Both the position numbers and the translations under genes were made by a program. From positions 10,414 to 66,103 of the forward strand of contig JAHELH010000001.1 of NCBI GenBank assembly GCA_024644285.1: a stretch of DNA of 55,690 nucleotides, written 5' to 3'. This stretch comes from Paracoccaceae bacterium (GTDB lineage Bacteria; Pseudomonadota; Alphaproteobacteria; Rhodobacterales; Rhodobacteraceae). The notes under the pieces were generated by a model. The model searched no databases, was not told the origin of the DNA, and was given only the letters and a program-made list of their open reading frames with translations. Shown piece by piece: positions 37,841 to 47,684 of the stretch. The first letter of the stretch is position 1. Every line of letters begins with the position of its first letter.

Positions 37841-37954
37841 TTCAGTGCCCCCCGGCGGTCAGTCTTTGGCAGGCTCAAGCTCCCGCCTCGATCCGGCGAC
37901 GCCTTGCCGGATTGAAGGGAAGGGGCGCGCCCGGAAGCGCGCCCCTGGCGTCGG

Positions 37955-39622
37955 TCAGGCCGCGAAACCGAGCTTGTAAAGATGAATTTCGTGGCTGGGA
38001 TGCTTGGCCGCGTTCACCACGTTCGGCGCGTGGTGGTTGTAAAGCCCCCGCCAGAACGGCTGGATCATCACGCCATCGTCCCGCAGCAGCGTCTCGATCT
38101 TTGCCATGATCTCGCGTCGCGCTTCTGCGTCCGCGACCGACAGGGCCTGATTGATCAGGGCGTCGAACTCGGGGTTGGCATAGGCGGTCTCGTTCCAGGC
38201 CTCGCCCGACCGGTAGGCCAGCGCCAGAACCTGCACCTCCAGCGGACGGTGGTTCCAGGTGGTGGCGCTGAACGGGTACTTCGCCCAGTCGTTCCAGAAG
38301 GTCGAGCCCGGCAGGATCGTCCGCTTGACGCTGATGCCCGCGTCGCGCAGTTGCGCCGCGATCGCGTCGCCGGTGTTCTTTTCCCAGTCGTCGTCGACCG
38401 TGATCAGCTCGTGCTCCATGTCGGCGGCGTCCGTGGCGTCCATCATTTCCTTGGCCGCAGCCGGGTCGAAGGGCGCGGGCCCGATATCGGCATAGGCCGG
38501 ATGGATCGGGCAGACATGGTGGTTTTCCGCGACGACGCCCCGCCCGGAATAGCCGAGTTCGAGGCAGACGTTGTTATCGACGGCCAGCGCCAAAGCCTTG
38601 CGGACGTTCTTGTCGGCATAGGGCACCATGCCGTTGACTTCGGCCACCTGATTGGTGCGGACGACGAGAGTTGCCGCCGTCACCGCCTCGGTCCGGGTCC
38701 AGCCGATGGCGTCCATGATGTCGATGAAGTCGCCCACCGTTTCATAGAACATGTGGACCTCTTCGGCCTCGGCTGCCGCGATCCATGACGATGGGTCGGT
38801 GCCGTAATCAATGAACTCGATTCGATCGACATAGGGCCCGCCATAGACCGAGGTGCCCCACCATTCCATGTCGGTATTGCGGTTCAGCGAGCACTTCACG
38901 CCAACCTCCAGTTCGTCTGGAACGAACGGGCCGGTGCCGATGCCATTGCTCCAGACGTCGCCGTCGCCGGTATAGGACGAATGCGTCACAGCCGACGGAT
39001 AGTCCGAGATGTTCGCAATGATCGCGATGTCGGGGGCGGACAGGGCAAGCTTGACGGTGTGCGAGTCGACGACGGTGATCGCGCCATCGCGCGCCTTGCC
39101 GGTGGCCTCGTCGATCAGCCCCGTCATCCGGCTGGCCATCGAGTTGGTCTCGTCCGCCTTGTCGCAGAACAGCCCGAACATGCGCGCCACGTCATCCGCC
39201 GTGAAATCGTCGCCGTTGTTCCACTTGACGCCCTGGCGGACATTCAGCGTGTATTCGGTGGCGTCGTCGTTCACTTCCCAGCTTTCCAAGAGCATGCCGC
39301 GGAATGTGCCGTCGGAATTGTACTCGACCATGTATTCCAGGAAACCGCGCGACTGGTTGCCAAGTTCGGACCAGTCATAGGACCGTGGGTCTTTCATCGC
39401 CTTGACCGACTGCTGAATGCGCATCGTGCCCCCCGGCGCGATGTGGCTGGCGGCGCGGGCGGGCTGTTCCAGCCCTAGCAAGCCATAGGCTGCGGTCGAG
39501 GCGACACCCAGCGCCGTGGCGCGGGTCAGGAACTCGCGCCGGCTGAGCGCGCCGGCCTTGTACTCGGCAAGATACATTTCGGCGGCCGGATGCACCGGCC
39601 GTTTCTGAGTGGTGGACGTCAT
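37955..39622 (-). CDS. ABC transporter substrate-binding protein (family 5, peptide/nickel/opine type) with Tat signal
   Basis: [22 protein letters not shown] twin-arginine signal and an approximately 555-aa family-5 SBP architecture. Trimmed to the Met at residue 17. Confidence 0.9.
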   Translation of the reverse strand: MTSTTQKRPVHPAAEMYLAEYKAGALSRREFLTRATALGVASTAAYGLLGLEQPARAASHIAPGGTMRIQQSVKAMKDPRSYDWSELGNQSRGFLEYMVEYNSDGTFRGMLLESWEVNDDATEYTLNVRQGVKWNNGDDFTADDVARMFGLFCDKADETNSMASRMTGLIDEATGKARDGAITVVDSHTVKLALSAPDIAIIANISDYPSAVTHSSYTGDGDVWSNGIGTGPFVPDELEVGVKCSLNRNTDMEWWGTSVYGGPYVDRIEFIDYGTDPSSWIAAAEAEEVHMFYETVGDFIDIMDAIGWTRTEAVTAATLVVRTNQVAEVNGMVPYADKNVRKALALAVDNNVCLELGYSGRGVVAENHHVCPIHPAYADIGPAPFDPAAAKEMMDATDAADMEHELITVDDDWEKNTGDAIAAQLRDAGISVKRTILPGSTFWNDWAKYPFSATTWNHRPLEVQVLALAYRSGEAWNETAYANPEFDALINQALSVADAEARREIMAKIETLLRDDGVMIQPFWRGLYNHHAPNVVNAAKHPSHEIHLYKLGFAA

Positions 39623-39844
39623 CGTGTTCTCCCTGTGAGACGTTTTTTGTTTTATCGCACACAGCACCAATCAGGACGCCCCGAGGCGGGGCGGCCAAGA
39701 CCGGAACTGCCTACTTTCCCTCTCCCGCACATTCCGCACGGTTTTTGCCCATGCGTCAACGGCTCGTTTCGCCCTTTCGCGTCACAAAAACGACATGTTG
39801 GCGGTCGGAAACCGACATTCCGGGGCGCAGCCGGATCAGCCCGG

Positions 39845-40675
39845 TCAGGCGCGGCGCCGGAAAGTTGACGGTGTCTGCCCGGTCTGCTTCTGGAAGGCCC
39901 GCGTGAAATAGGCCGCCGAGCGAAATCCGAGTTCGGCGGCAATGGCCTTGACCGGGCGGCGGGTCTCCGCCAGCAGCCGCCGCGCCTCGAAATGCAGCCG
40001 GTCGGTCAGCAGGGCCGAGGCAGACCGGCCGCAGGCCACGTTGCAGCACCGGGTCAGGTGCGTCGGCGTCACGCCGAGCTGCTCTGCGTAATCGTGGACC
40101 GTCTTGCCGCTGCGGAAGTCACGTTCGATCAGCGCGGAATAGGCCATCGCCAGCCGCCGCGCGGCGTCAAGGCCGATGTCTTGAATGTTTTCCTGCCCGG
40201 CCTGGCGCTTCAGCCAGATCGACAACAGCCCGGCATGAGCCATCAACGCCCGGTCCTTTTCCGGGCGATCTTCCTTTATCTCGCGGTGAAGATTGTCGAT
40301 CATCGCTGTCAGCTCGGCCTGCTGCTGCACTTCGCGAAACCGCAGATGCACCGGCTGGTCCGGCAGCTCCAGTTCTGGAGCGCGCAGGAAGAAGACCGAA
40401 GTGCCGAAGACCTGTCCCAGCATGTCGTAGCCGTGCATGGTGCCCGGCGGCAGAAAGACCGCGTGGTGCGGGCCGAAGCCTTGCGTGACCCCGGCGACGG
40501 TGATGCGGCCCTGTCCGCGGGTGAACCACAACAGCACCGGCTGGGCGTGGCTGCGCATCGCCTCCGTCCGCCAGCGCGTCTCGGGCGTCAGGCGCGGCAA
40601 CGGCTCGACGCGGAACCGCTGCGTCTTCAGGCCGCTGTTGATGTCGGGCCGGTTGGGGCTGAATATCTGGATCAT
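39845..40675 (-). CDS. AraC family transcriptional regulator (cupin + HTH)
   Basis: C-terminal double HTH (VHDYAEQLGVTPTHLTRCC ... IAAELGFRSAAYFTRAFQKQTG). Trimmed to MIQIFSP because the longer ORF runs into miaA. Confidence 0.85.
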   Translation of the reverse strand: MIQIFSPNRPDINSGLKTQRFRVEPLPRLTPETRWRTEAMRSHAQPVLLWFTRGQGRITVAGVTQGFGPHHAVFLPPGTMHGYDMLGQVFGTSVFFLRAPELELPDQPVHLRFREVQQQAELTAMIDNLHREIKEDRPEKDRALMAHAGLLSIWLKRQAGQENIQDIGLDAARRLAMAYSALIERDFRSGKTVHDYAEQLGVTPTHLTRCCNVACGRSASALLTDRLHFEARRLLAETRRPVKAIAAELGFRSAAYFTRAFQKQTGQTPSTFRRRA

Positions 40676-40754
40676 GTTCGAAAACTGAAATGTCTCATGT
40701 GTTCGTGTCAGGGTTTCCTGGCAATTCCATCGGATTCGTGCGGCGGCAGGCTCA

Positions 40755-41636
40755 TTATGGCAGGTCAACCGGGGTCCAGTCACGCATTTTCGACCGGAAC
40801 CAGGTGCGCTGACGCTTGGCATATTGCCGCGTCGCGATCTTGCCAGCTTCCACCGCATCCGCAAGCGGCAACTCGCCTTTAAGATGTGCAATGAGTTCGG
40901 AACCGCCGATCGCCTTCGACGAGGGTCGCGCCGGATCCCAGCCGGGCAGGTTGGCCTGCGCCTCGGCCAGCGCGCCGTCGGCGATCATCCGGTCAAAGCG
41001 CCGCGCGATCCGGTCGGCCAGCCAGTCGCGGTCCGCCTCCAGCAAGATCCGCGCGCAGGCCGCGGGCGGCAGCAGGGGCGCCGGCGTCGCGTCCTGCCAC
41101 GCCGCCAACCCGCGCCCGGTGGAACGCAAGACCTCCCAGGCGCGCTGCACCCGGACCGGGTTTGCGGTGTCGATGCGCGCCGCCGTCTCGGCGTCGAGCT
41201 CGGCCAGCAGCGCGCGGGTGCCTTCGGCGGCCATCCGGGCATCGGCCAGCGCGCGGATCTCGGGCGGGGTTTCCGGGATCTCGGCCAGGCCCTCGGTCAG
41301 GGCGGTGAAGTACAGACCGGTCCCGCCGACCAGGATCGGCCGCGCGCCGCCGCGCAACGCCGGTTCGACCTCGCGCAGCCAGTGGCCGACGGAATAGGCC
41401 GCCTCGCCCGGCACGTGCCCGTACAGCAGGTGCGGCGCCACCGCCTCTTCATCGGGCGTCGGCCGCGCGGTCAGCACGCGCCAGTTGGCGAAAACCTGCA
41501 ACGCGTCGGCATTGACGATGACGCCGCCCTGCCGCGCCGCGATCTCCAGCGCCAGCGCGGATTTGCCGCTGGCCGTCGGCCCGGCGATCAGCACCGGCTG
41601 CTCGGCGCCGATCCGGTTCAGCGCATCTCGGTTCAT
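40755..41636 (-). CDS. miaA: tRNA dimethylallyltransferase
   Basis: [11 protein letters not shown]-loop, VNADALQVF and GGTGLYF motifs. Confidence 0.93.
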   Translation of the reverse strand: MNRDALNRIGAEQPVLIAGPTASGKSALALEIAARQGGVIVNADALQVFANWRVLTARPTPDEEAVAPHLLYGHVPGEAAYSVGHWLREVEPALRGGARPILVGGTGLYFTALTEGLAEIPETPPEIRALADARMAAEGTRALLAELDAETAARIDTANPVRVQRAWEVLRSTGRGLAAWQDATPAPLLPPAACARILLEADRDWLADRIARRFDRMIADGALAEAQANLPGWDPARPSSKAIGGSELIAHLKGELPLADAVEAGKIATRQYAKRQRTWFRSKMRDWTPVDLP

Positions 41637-41714
41637 GGGGCGGGTTCAGCATTGAACATGGCGGTCTTTTGCGACACTTTGCGCCAGCGGAACAGGGGAC
41701 AGGGGCGGGTTTTC

Positions 41715-42452
41715 ATGGACAGCGGCGAGATCGGGGCCACGACGACCAAGTACAAACGGGTTCTGCTGAAAATCTCGGGCGAGGCGCTGATGGGCGATCA
41801 GGGTTACGGGCTGCACCCCCCCACCGTCCAGCGCATCGCGCAAGAGGTCAAGTCGGTCCACGACCTGGGCGTCGAGATCTGCATGGTGATCGGCGGCGGA
41901 AACATTTTCCGCGGATTGCAGGGATCGGCGCAGGGAATGGAACGGACCACCGCCGATTACATGGGCATGCTGGCCACCGTGATGAACGCGCTGGCGATGC
42001 AGTCCGCGCTGGAACAGATGGGCGTGTTCACCCGCGTCATCTCGGCGATCCCGATGGACCAGGTCTGCGAGCCATACATCCGCCGCCGTGCCGTCCGGCA
42101 CCTGGAAAAGGGCCGCGTCTGCATCTTCGCCGCCGGCACGGGCAACCCCTATTTCACCACCGACACGGCGGCGACTTTGCGTGCGAACGAAATGAGTTGC
42201 GAGGCGATCTTCAAGGGCACCAAGGTCGATGGCGTCTACGACAAGGACCCCAAGAAGCACACCGACGCCGAGCGCTACGACAAGGTGACCTACGACGAGG
42301 TTCTGCAGAAGAATCTCGGCGTGATGGACGCCTCGGCGATAGCACTGGCGCGCGACAACCACCTGCCGATCATCGTGTTTTCCCTCGACGAACCCGGCGG
42401 GTTCCGGGGTATCCTGTCGGGCGAAGGCACCTATACAATCGTGCATTCCTGA
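41715..42452 (+). CDS. pyrH: UMP kinase
   Basis: [23 protein letters not shown] and [15 protein letters not shown] motifs. Confidence 0.95.
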   Translation: MDSGEIGATTTKYKRVLLKISGEALMGDQGYGLHPPTVQRIAQEVKSVHDLGVEICMVIGGGNIFRGLQGSAQGMERTTADYMGMLATVMNALAMQSALEQMGVFTRVISAIPMDQVCEPYIRRRAVRHLEKGRVCIFAAGTGNPYFTTDTAATLRANEMSCEAIFKGTKVDGVYDKDPKKHTDAERYDKVTYDEVLQKNLGVMDASAIALARDNHLPIIVFSLDEPGGFRGILSGEGTYTIVHS

Positions 42453-42503
42453 GGATATACCGGGGCAAACGCCCCTGAGAGGCGGCAGCGAAGAGTGGCA
42501 GTC

Positions 42504-43070
42504 ATGGCAGACGACGACCTTGACATCGATGTAAACGATCTCTCCCGGCGGATGGAGGGCGCGATGCACGCGCTCAGCACCGATTTCGCGTCGCTGCGGA
42601 CGGGTCGCGCCAGCGCCGCCATGGTCGAGCCGATCATGGTCGACGCCTATGGCCAGCCGACGCCGCTGAACCAGATCGGCACCGTCAACGTGCCGGAACC
42701 GAGGATGCTGACGATCAACATCTGGGACAAGTCGCTGGTCGGCAAGGCCGAGAAGGCGATCCGCGAAAGCGGCCTGGGCATCAACCCGCAGCTCAACGGC
42801 ACGATCATCATGCTGCCGATCCCGGAACTGAACGAGGAACGCCGGCGCGAGCTGACGAAAGTCGCCGGGCAATATGCCGAACATGCCCGCGTCGCCATCC
42901 GCAACGTGCGCCAGGACGGGATGCACCGGCTGAAAAAGGCCAAGTCCGCCGGCATGTCCGAGGACGAGAACAAGATCTGGCACGACGAGATCCAGGAACT
43001 GACCGACAGCTACATCGCCAAGGTCGACGCCGCGCTGGAGACCAAGCAAGCGGAAATCATGCAGGTGTAA
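42504..43070 (+). CDS. frr: Ribosome recycling factor
   Basis: LRTGRAS, INPQLNG and ERRRELTK motifs. An alternative GTG start lies at 42495. Confidence 0.95.
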   Translation: MADDDLDIDVNDLSRRMEGAMHALSTDFASLRTGRASAAMVEPIMVDAYGQPTPLNQIGTVNVPEPRMLTINIWDKSLVGKAEKAIRESGLGINPQLNGTIIMLPIPELNEERRRELTKVAGQYAEHARVAIRNVRQDGMHRLKKAKSAGMSEDENKIWHDEIQELTDSYIAKVDAALETKQAEIMQV

Positions 43071-43166
43071 GCGCCGTCCGGGAAACGCTCCGGCGATCCG
43101 TTCACGGCGCGAACGGGCGGAGCCCCAATAAGCCCAAGCGGCGCATCGTATCGAGGTAAACGAACA

Positions 43167-43889
43167 GTGAAGAAGCAGAATATCAAGACCGGTCCGGCCC
43201 ACGTCGCCATCATCATGGACGGAAATGGACGCTGGGCCAGGCAACGCGGCAAGCCACGGCTTTTCGGCCACCACGCCGGGGCGCGCCGGGTCCGCGAGAT
43301 TGTGCGCTCCTGTCCCGACCTGGGCGTCAAGTACCTGACGATCTTCGCGTTCTCGACCGAGAACTGGAGGCGCACCCAGACCGAGGTTGCCGGGCTGATG
43401 TCGCTGTTCCGGCGTTACATCACCCGCGAAGCCCAGGCGCTGTTCCGCGAAAACGTGCGCGTGCGCTTCATCGGCGACCGCATCAAGCTTGACGACAAGC
43501 TCGTCGCGCTGATGGACGAGCTGGAACTGCTGACCGCGGGCAATGACGGCACCCATCTGACCATCGCCCTCAATTACGGCGGCCGCGACGAGGTGGCGCG
43601 CGCCACCAAGCGACTGGCGCGCGAGGTCAAGGCGGGCAGGGTGGACCCCGAGACCGTCGATGGCGAAACGCTTGCGCATTACCTGGATACCTATTTCCTG
43701 CCCGATCCGGACCTGGTGATCCGCACCAGTGGCGAGGCGCGGATCTCGAACTTCCTGCTCTGGCAGTCGGCCTATGCCGAGTACGAATTCATCGACACGC
43801 TGTGGCCCGACTTCTCCGAGGAAATCTTCGCCCGCATCGTCACGGGCTTCGGCCGGCGCGAACGGCGCTACGGTGCCGTCCTGGCATGA
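43167..43889 (+). CDS. uppS: Isoprenyl transferase (undecaprenyl-diphosphate synthase)
   Basis: HVAIIMDGNGRWA, FAFSTENW and RTSGEARISNFLLWQ motifs. GTG start. Confidence 0.93.
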   Translation: MKKQNIKTGPAHVAIIMDGNGRWARQRGKPRLFGHHAGARRVREIVRSCPDLGVKYLTIFAFSTENWRRTQTEVAGLMSLFRRYITREAQALFRENVRVRFIGDRIKLDDKLVALMDELELLTAGNDGTHLTIALNYGGRDEVARATKRLAREVKAGRVDPETVDGETLAHYLDTYFLPDPDLVIRTSGEARISNFLLWQSAYAEYEFIDTLWPDFSEEIFARIVTGFGRRERRYGAVLA

Positions 43890-44683
43890 GCCGACCGGCG
43901 CCGAACTGGGACGATCTGCGCCCCAGGCTGATCACCGGCGCGGCGCTGATCATCGTGGGCGCCATCGAGATATGGCTGGGCGGGCTTTGGTTCGCCTCGA
44001 TGGCGGCGCTGGTGACCGGCATCATCATCTGGGAACTGGTGCAGATGTGCGGTCCGCTGCGGCCGCAGCGCGCGATTCAGCTGGCCGTGCTGACCGGCGC
44101 CATGGTGCTGTTCGCGCGGCCGCTGCCGGTGGTCTGGGCGCTCTTGGTGCTGGCGGTGCCCGCGGTCGTGGGCATGCTGGCGCTGAAGGACCGCAATCCC
44201 AGGATCTTCTTTCTGTTCGCGGTGGCCGTCCTGCTGGCGGGCTACGGCCTGATCGTGTTCCGCGACAGCTATTCCATCGTCTGGTTCTGCTGGCTGATCC
44301 TGATCGTCGTGGCCACCGACATCGCCGGCTATTTCGGTGGCCGCATGATCGGCGGCAAGAAGTTCTGGCCGAAGGTCAGCCCCAAGAAGACCTGGGCCGG
44401 CATCCTGTCGGGCTGGGCCGTCTCGGCGGTGATCGGGGCGCTGTTCCTGACATTTACCGATGCCGGCCGCGACATCATCTGGATCTCGGTCATCCTGTCC
44501 TTCGCCTCGCAGATGGGCGACATCGCGCAAAGCTCGGTGAAACGGCGCATGGGGGTCAAGGACAGCTCGAACCTGCTCCCCGGCCACGGCGGCCTTTTCG
44601 ACCGGTTCGACGCGCTGCTGGGCGCGTCCCTGTTCATGCTGCTGACCGCCCTGGTGGTCGACGTGCCGGATCTGCAATTCTGA
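43886..44683 (+). CDS. cdsA: Phosphatidate cytidylyltransferase
   Basis: Multi-TM protein with the C-terminal signature SSVKRRMGVKDSSNLLPGHGGLFDRFD. ATGA overlap with uppS. Confidence 0.9.
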   Translation: MSRPAPNWDDLRPRLITGAALIIVGAIEIWLGGLWFASMAALVTGIIIWELVQMCGPLRPQRAIQLAVLTGAMVLFARPLPVVWALLVLAVPAVVGMLALKDRNPRIFFLFAVAVLLAGYGLIVFRDSYSIVWFCWLILIVVATDIAGYFGGRMIGGKKFWPKVSPKKTWAGILSGWAVSAVIGALFLTFTDAGRDIIWISVILSFASQMGDIAQSSVKRRMGVKDSSNLLPGHGGLFDRFDALLGASLFMLLTALVVDVPDLQF

Positions 44684-44684
44684 A

Positions 44685-45857
44685 ATGGCACGCCGGGTCT
44701 CAATCTTCGGGGCCACCGGATCGGTGGGCCAGAACACCATCGATCTGATCGCCCGCGACCGGGAATCATACGACATCATAGCCTTGACGGGCGGCGCCAA
44801 TGTGGAACAGCTGGCCGCCGATGCCCGCCGCCTTGGCGCGCAGGTGGCGGTCACCGCGTTCGAGGACCGGCTGGGCGAATTGCGCGACGCGCTTGCCGGC
44901 AGCGGCGTCGAGGCGGCGGCAGGCGAGACCGCGCTGCTCGAGGCCGCCGACCGGCCGGCCGACTGGGTGATGTCTGCCATCGTCGGCGCGGCGGGGCTGG
45001 CGCCTGGCATCCACACGCTGCGCCACGGTGGCATCCTGGCGCTGGCCAACAAGGAAAGTCTCGTGACGGCGGGGCCGCTGTTAACGGCGGAGGCGCGGGC
45101 GCACGGCGCCACGATCTTGCCCGTGGACAGCGAGCATTCGGGCGTGTTCCAGGCCCTGACCGGCGAGCGCATCGAGGATGTCGAGCGCGTCATCATCACC
45201 GCCAGCGGCGGCGCGTTCCGCGACTGGCCGCTCGAGGCGCTGGAACACGCGACCCCCGATCAGGCGTCGAACCATCCGAATTGGGACATGGGCCAGCGGA
45301 TCACCATCGATTCGGCGTCCATGTTCAACAAGTCCATGGAACTCATTGAAACCAAGGAGTTCTTCGGGATCGCGCCCGATCGGATCGAGGTGCTGATCCA
45401 CCCCGAAAGCCTGGTTCACGCGCTGGTGGGGTTCCGCGACGGCGCGCTCATGGCGCATGTCGGCCCGCCTGACATGCGGCATGCCATCGGCTATGCGCTG
45501 CACTGGCCGGAACGCCGGGCGCTGCCGGTCGAACGGCTCGACCTTGCGCAGATTGGACAGCTTACTTTTGCGGCCCCCGACGAGACACGCTGGCCGGCGT
45601 TGCGCCTGGCGCGAGAGGTCATGGCGACGGGCGGCCTTGCGGGTACCGCATTCACCGCCGCGAAAGAGCGCGCGCTCGATGCCTTCATCGAGCGGCGCAT
45701 AGGATTTTCCGCGATGGCGCGGGTGGTCGAGGAGACACTTGCGCGGCTGTCATCCGCTTCCGGCCTTGGTTCCGACACGATTACCCTTGATAACGTGGCC
45801 CGGATGGACCATCTCGCCCGGATAACCGCGGACGAGATCATCGCGCAGGCAGGCTAG
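44685..45857 (+). CDS. dxr: 1-deoxy-D-xylulose 5-phosphate reductoisomerase
   Basis: IFGATGSVGQ, LANKESLV, VDSEHS and NHPNWDMGQRITIDSASMFNK motifs. Confidence 0.95.
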   Translation: MARRVSIFGATGSVGQNTIDLIARDRESYDIIALTGGANVEQLAADARRLGAQVAVTAFEDRLGELRDALAGSGVEAAAGETALLEAADRPADWVMSAIVGAAGLAPGIHTLRHGGILALANKESLVTAGPLLTAEARAHGATILPVDSEHSGVFQALTGERIEDVERVIITASGGAFRDWPLEALEHATPDQASNHPNWDMGQRITIDSASMFNKSMELIETKEFFGIAPDRIEVLIHPESLVHALVGFRDGALMAHVGPPDMRHAIGYALHWPERRALPVERLDLAQIGQLTFAAPDETRWPALRLAREVMATGGLAGTAFTAAKERALDAFIERRIGFSAMARVVEETLARLSSASGLGSDTITLDNVARMDHLARITADEIIAQAG

Positions 45858-45868
45858 GGCATAGACAA

Positions 45869-47206
45869 TTGGAACTCACCGCACTGATCCCGCAATTCGG
45901 CAACCTGCTCTATACAATCGGTGCGTTCATCATCGCGTTGTCGGTCATCGTCGCGGTGCATGAATACGGCCACTACATCGTCGGGCGCTGGTGCGGCATC
46001 AAGGCAGAGATATTCTCGATCGGCTTCGGACCGGTGCTCTGGTCCCGGCCCGACAAGCACGGGACGGTGTGGCAGATCGCGGCGCTGCCCTTCGGCGGCT
46101 ATGTCAAGTTCCTGGGCGACGCCAGCGCGGTCAGCGACAAGGCGGCGGACGATTACGAGGAATTGCCCGAAGAGACCAAGCGGCACACCATGCACGGCGC
46201 ACCGCTGTGGGCGCGCGCGGCGACCGTGGCGGCGGGACCCTTATTCAACTTCGCCCTTTCGATCCTTGTTTTCGGGGCAATATTGCTGTTTCGCGGCGTA
46301 GCCTCGGACCCGCTGACGATCGCAGAATTACGCCCGATGCCGAGCCTTGAGGGGCAGTTACAGCCGGGGGACGAGATCCTGGCGATCGCCGGCCAGGACA
46401 CCCCCGAGGTCGAGGATTTCGACGGATTCGTGGATAAGCTGCCGGTCGCCCCGGCGCTCGACTACACCCTGCGCCGCAAAGGCGACACGATCACCGTGGC
46501 CGCGCCCTATCCGTTCCCGCCGCTTGTCTCCGGCCTGACACCCGGCTCGGCGGCGATGGAGGCGGGCCTCGAGGTGGACGACGTCATATTGCGTGTCGAC
46601 GGCCAGGCGCTGGTCGCTTTCGACGAACTGCGCGAGGCGGTGGTCGCATCGGAAGGCAATCCGCTGACGCTGACCATCTGGCGCGACGGTGAAACATTCG
46701 ACGTGACGCTGACTCCTCGCAGCATGGATTTGCCGCGCGCCGACGGCGGCTTCGAGACGCGCTATCTCATCGGCATCACGGGCGGATTGTTTTTTGCCCC
46801 GGCCACCGAGACGCCGGGGCTCTTCGAGACCCTGTCCTACGGCGTCAACCAGACGTTCTACATCATCCGGTCCTCGCTCAGCGGGCTGTACCACATGGCC
46901 GCCGGACTGATCGACTCGTGCAACCTGCGTGGCCCGCTCGGCATCGCCGAGACCAGCGGGCAGGCGGCCAGCCAGGGCTGGACCAGCTTCATCTGGTTCA
47001 TCGCGGTGCTCAGCACGGCGGTGGGGCTGCTGAACCTGTTCCCGATCCCGGTGCTCGACGGCGGCCACCTGGTGTTCCACGCCTACGAGGCGATGGCCGG
47101 AAAACCGCCCAGCGACAAGGCGCTCAACGTCCTGATGGCCGTCGGGCTGGCGATGTTGCTGATGCTGATGGCGTTCGCGCTGGGCAACGATCTGTTCTGC
47201 CCGTAA
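45869..47206 (+). CDS. rseP: RIP zinc metalloprotease RseP
   Basis: HEYGHYIVGR zinc motif, PDZ region and NLFPIPVLDGGH motif. Apparent TTG start. Confidence 0.92.
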   Translation: MELTALIPQFGNLLYTIGAFIIALSVIVAVHEYGHYIVGRWCGIKAEIFSIGFGPVLWSRPDKHGTVWQIAALPFGGYVKFLGDASAVSDKAADDYEELPEETKRHTMHGAPLWARAATVAAGPLFNFALSILVFGAILLFRGVASDPLTIAELRPMPSLEGQLQPGDEILAIAGQDTPEVEDFDGFVDKLPVAPALDYTLRRKGDTITVAAPYPFPPLVSGLTPGSAAMEAGLEVDDVILRVDGQALVAFDELREAVVASEGNPLTLTIWRDGETFDVTLTPRSMDLPRADGGFETRYLIGITGGLFFAPATETPGLFETLSYGVNQTFYIIRSSLSGLYHMAAGLIDSCNLRGPLGIAETSGQAASQGWTSFIWFIAVLSTAVGLLNLFPIPVLDGGHLVFHAYEAMAGKPPSDKALNVLMAVGLAMLLMLMAFALGNDLFCP

Positions 47207-47291
47207 GTCTCCGCGATTCCGCCGCAATCCCGCCATATTTGCCGCTTATCAAATCTCGCGCGTTGTGTTGCGCGGAACAAGGAGTGGACGG

Positions 47292-47417
47292 ATGGACGCT
47301 ATCCGGAACGGCTATCAAGGCCTGTCGCTGCTGGCGAACCTGAACTGGGACAGATTTCTGTTCCTGGGCCTCAGCGGTGCTGCGCTGTTCCTGGCAGGCT
47401 ATATCGTCTCGCTCTAG
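47292..47417 (+). CDS. Small membrane protein (41 aa), unannotated
   Basis: MDAIRNGYQGLSLLANLNWDRFLFLGLSGAALFLAGYIVSL. AAGGAG lies 7 nt upstream of the ATG. About three-quarters of third positions are G/C. A terminator follows. Confidence 0.5.
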   Translation: MDAIRNGYQGLSLLANLNWDRFLFLGLSGAALFLAGYIVSL

Positions 47418-47474
47418 GCCCGGTACCGCCCCGGAAACTTCTTCCAAGCCCCTGGAAGAAATGACGAAAATCCG

Positions 47475-47499
47475 CACCCGCTTTGGCGGGTGTTTTGCT
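47475..47499 (+). terminator. Rho-independent terminator after rseP/small ORF
   Basis: CACCCGC-TTTG-GCGGGTG followed by TTTTGCTG. A second 8-bp hairpin (TTCTTCCA-AGCCCC-TGGAAGAA) lies at 47439-47460. Confidence 0.5.
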
Positions 47500-47684
47500 G
47501 TCCGGACCTGTGCGGCCCGGTTTGCCGGAACGAATGCCAGGAAAAGCGGTGCATTTATACCATATCTAGTGGCACGATTCGCCCTGCAACATACCGCTGG
47601 GTGATTTCTGCCTTTTGACAAGCGTTTGCATAGCCGTTACTCACTTTTCCAAACCTGCGACAGTCGGGACGGGGGCGTTAGATT

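Noticed and set aside
47615-47643. Perfect TTGACA upstream of bamA as a sigma-70 promoter.
   Set aside because: No acceptable -10 hexamer lies at 16-18 nt spacing (the candidates TTACTC, TACTCA and ACTCAC are all poor). It is left uncalled pending transcription start mapping.
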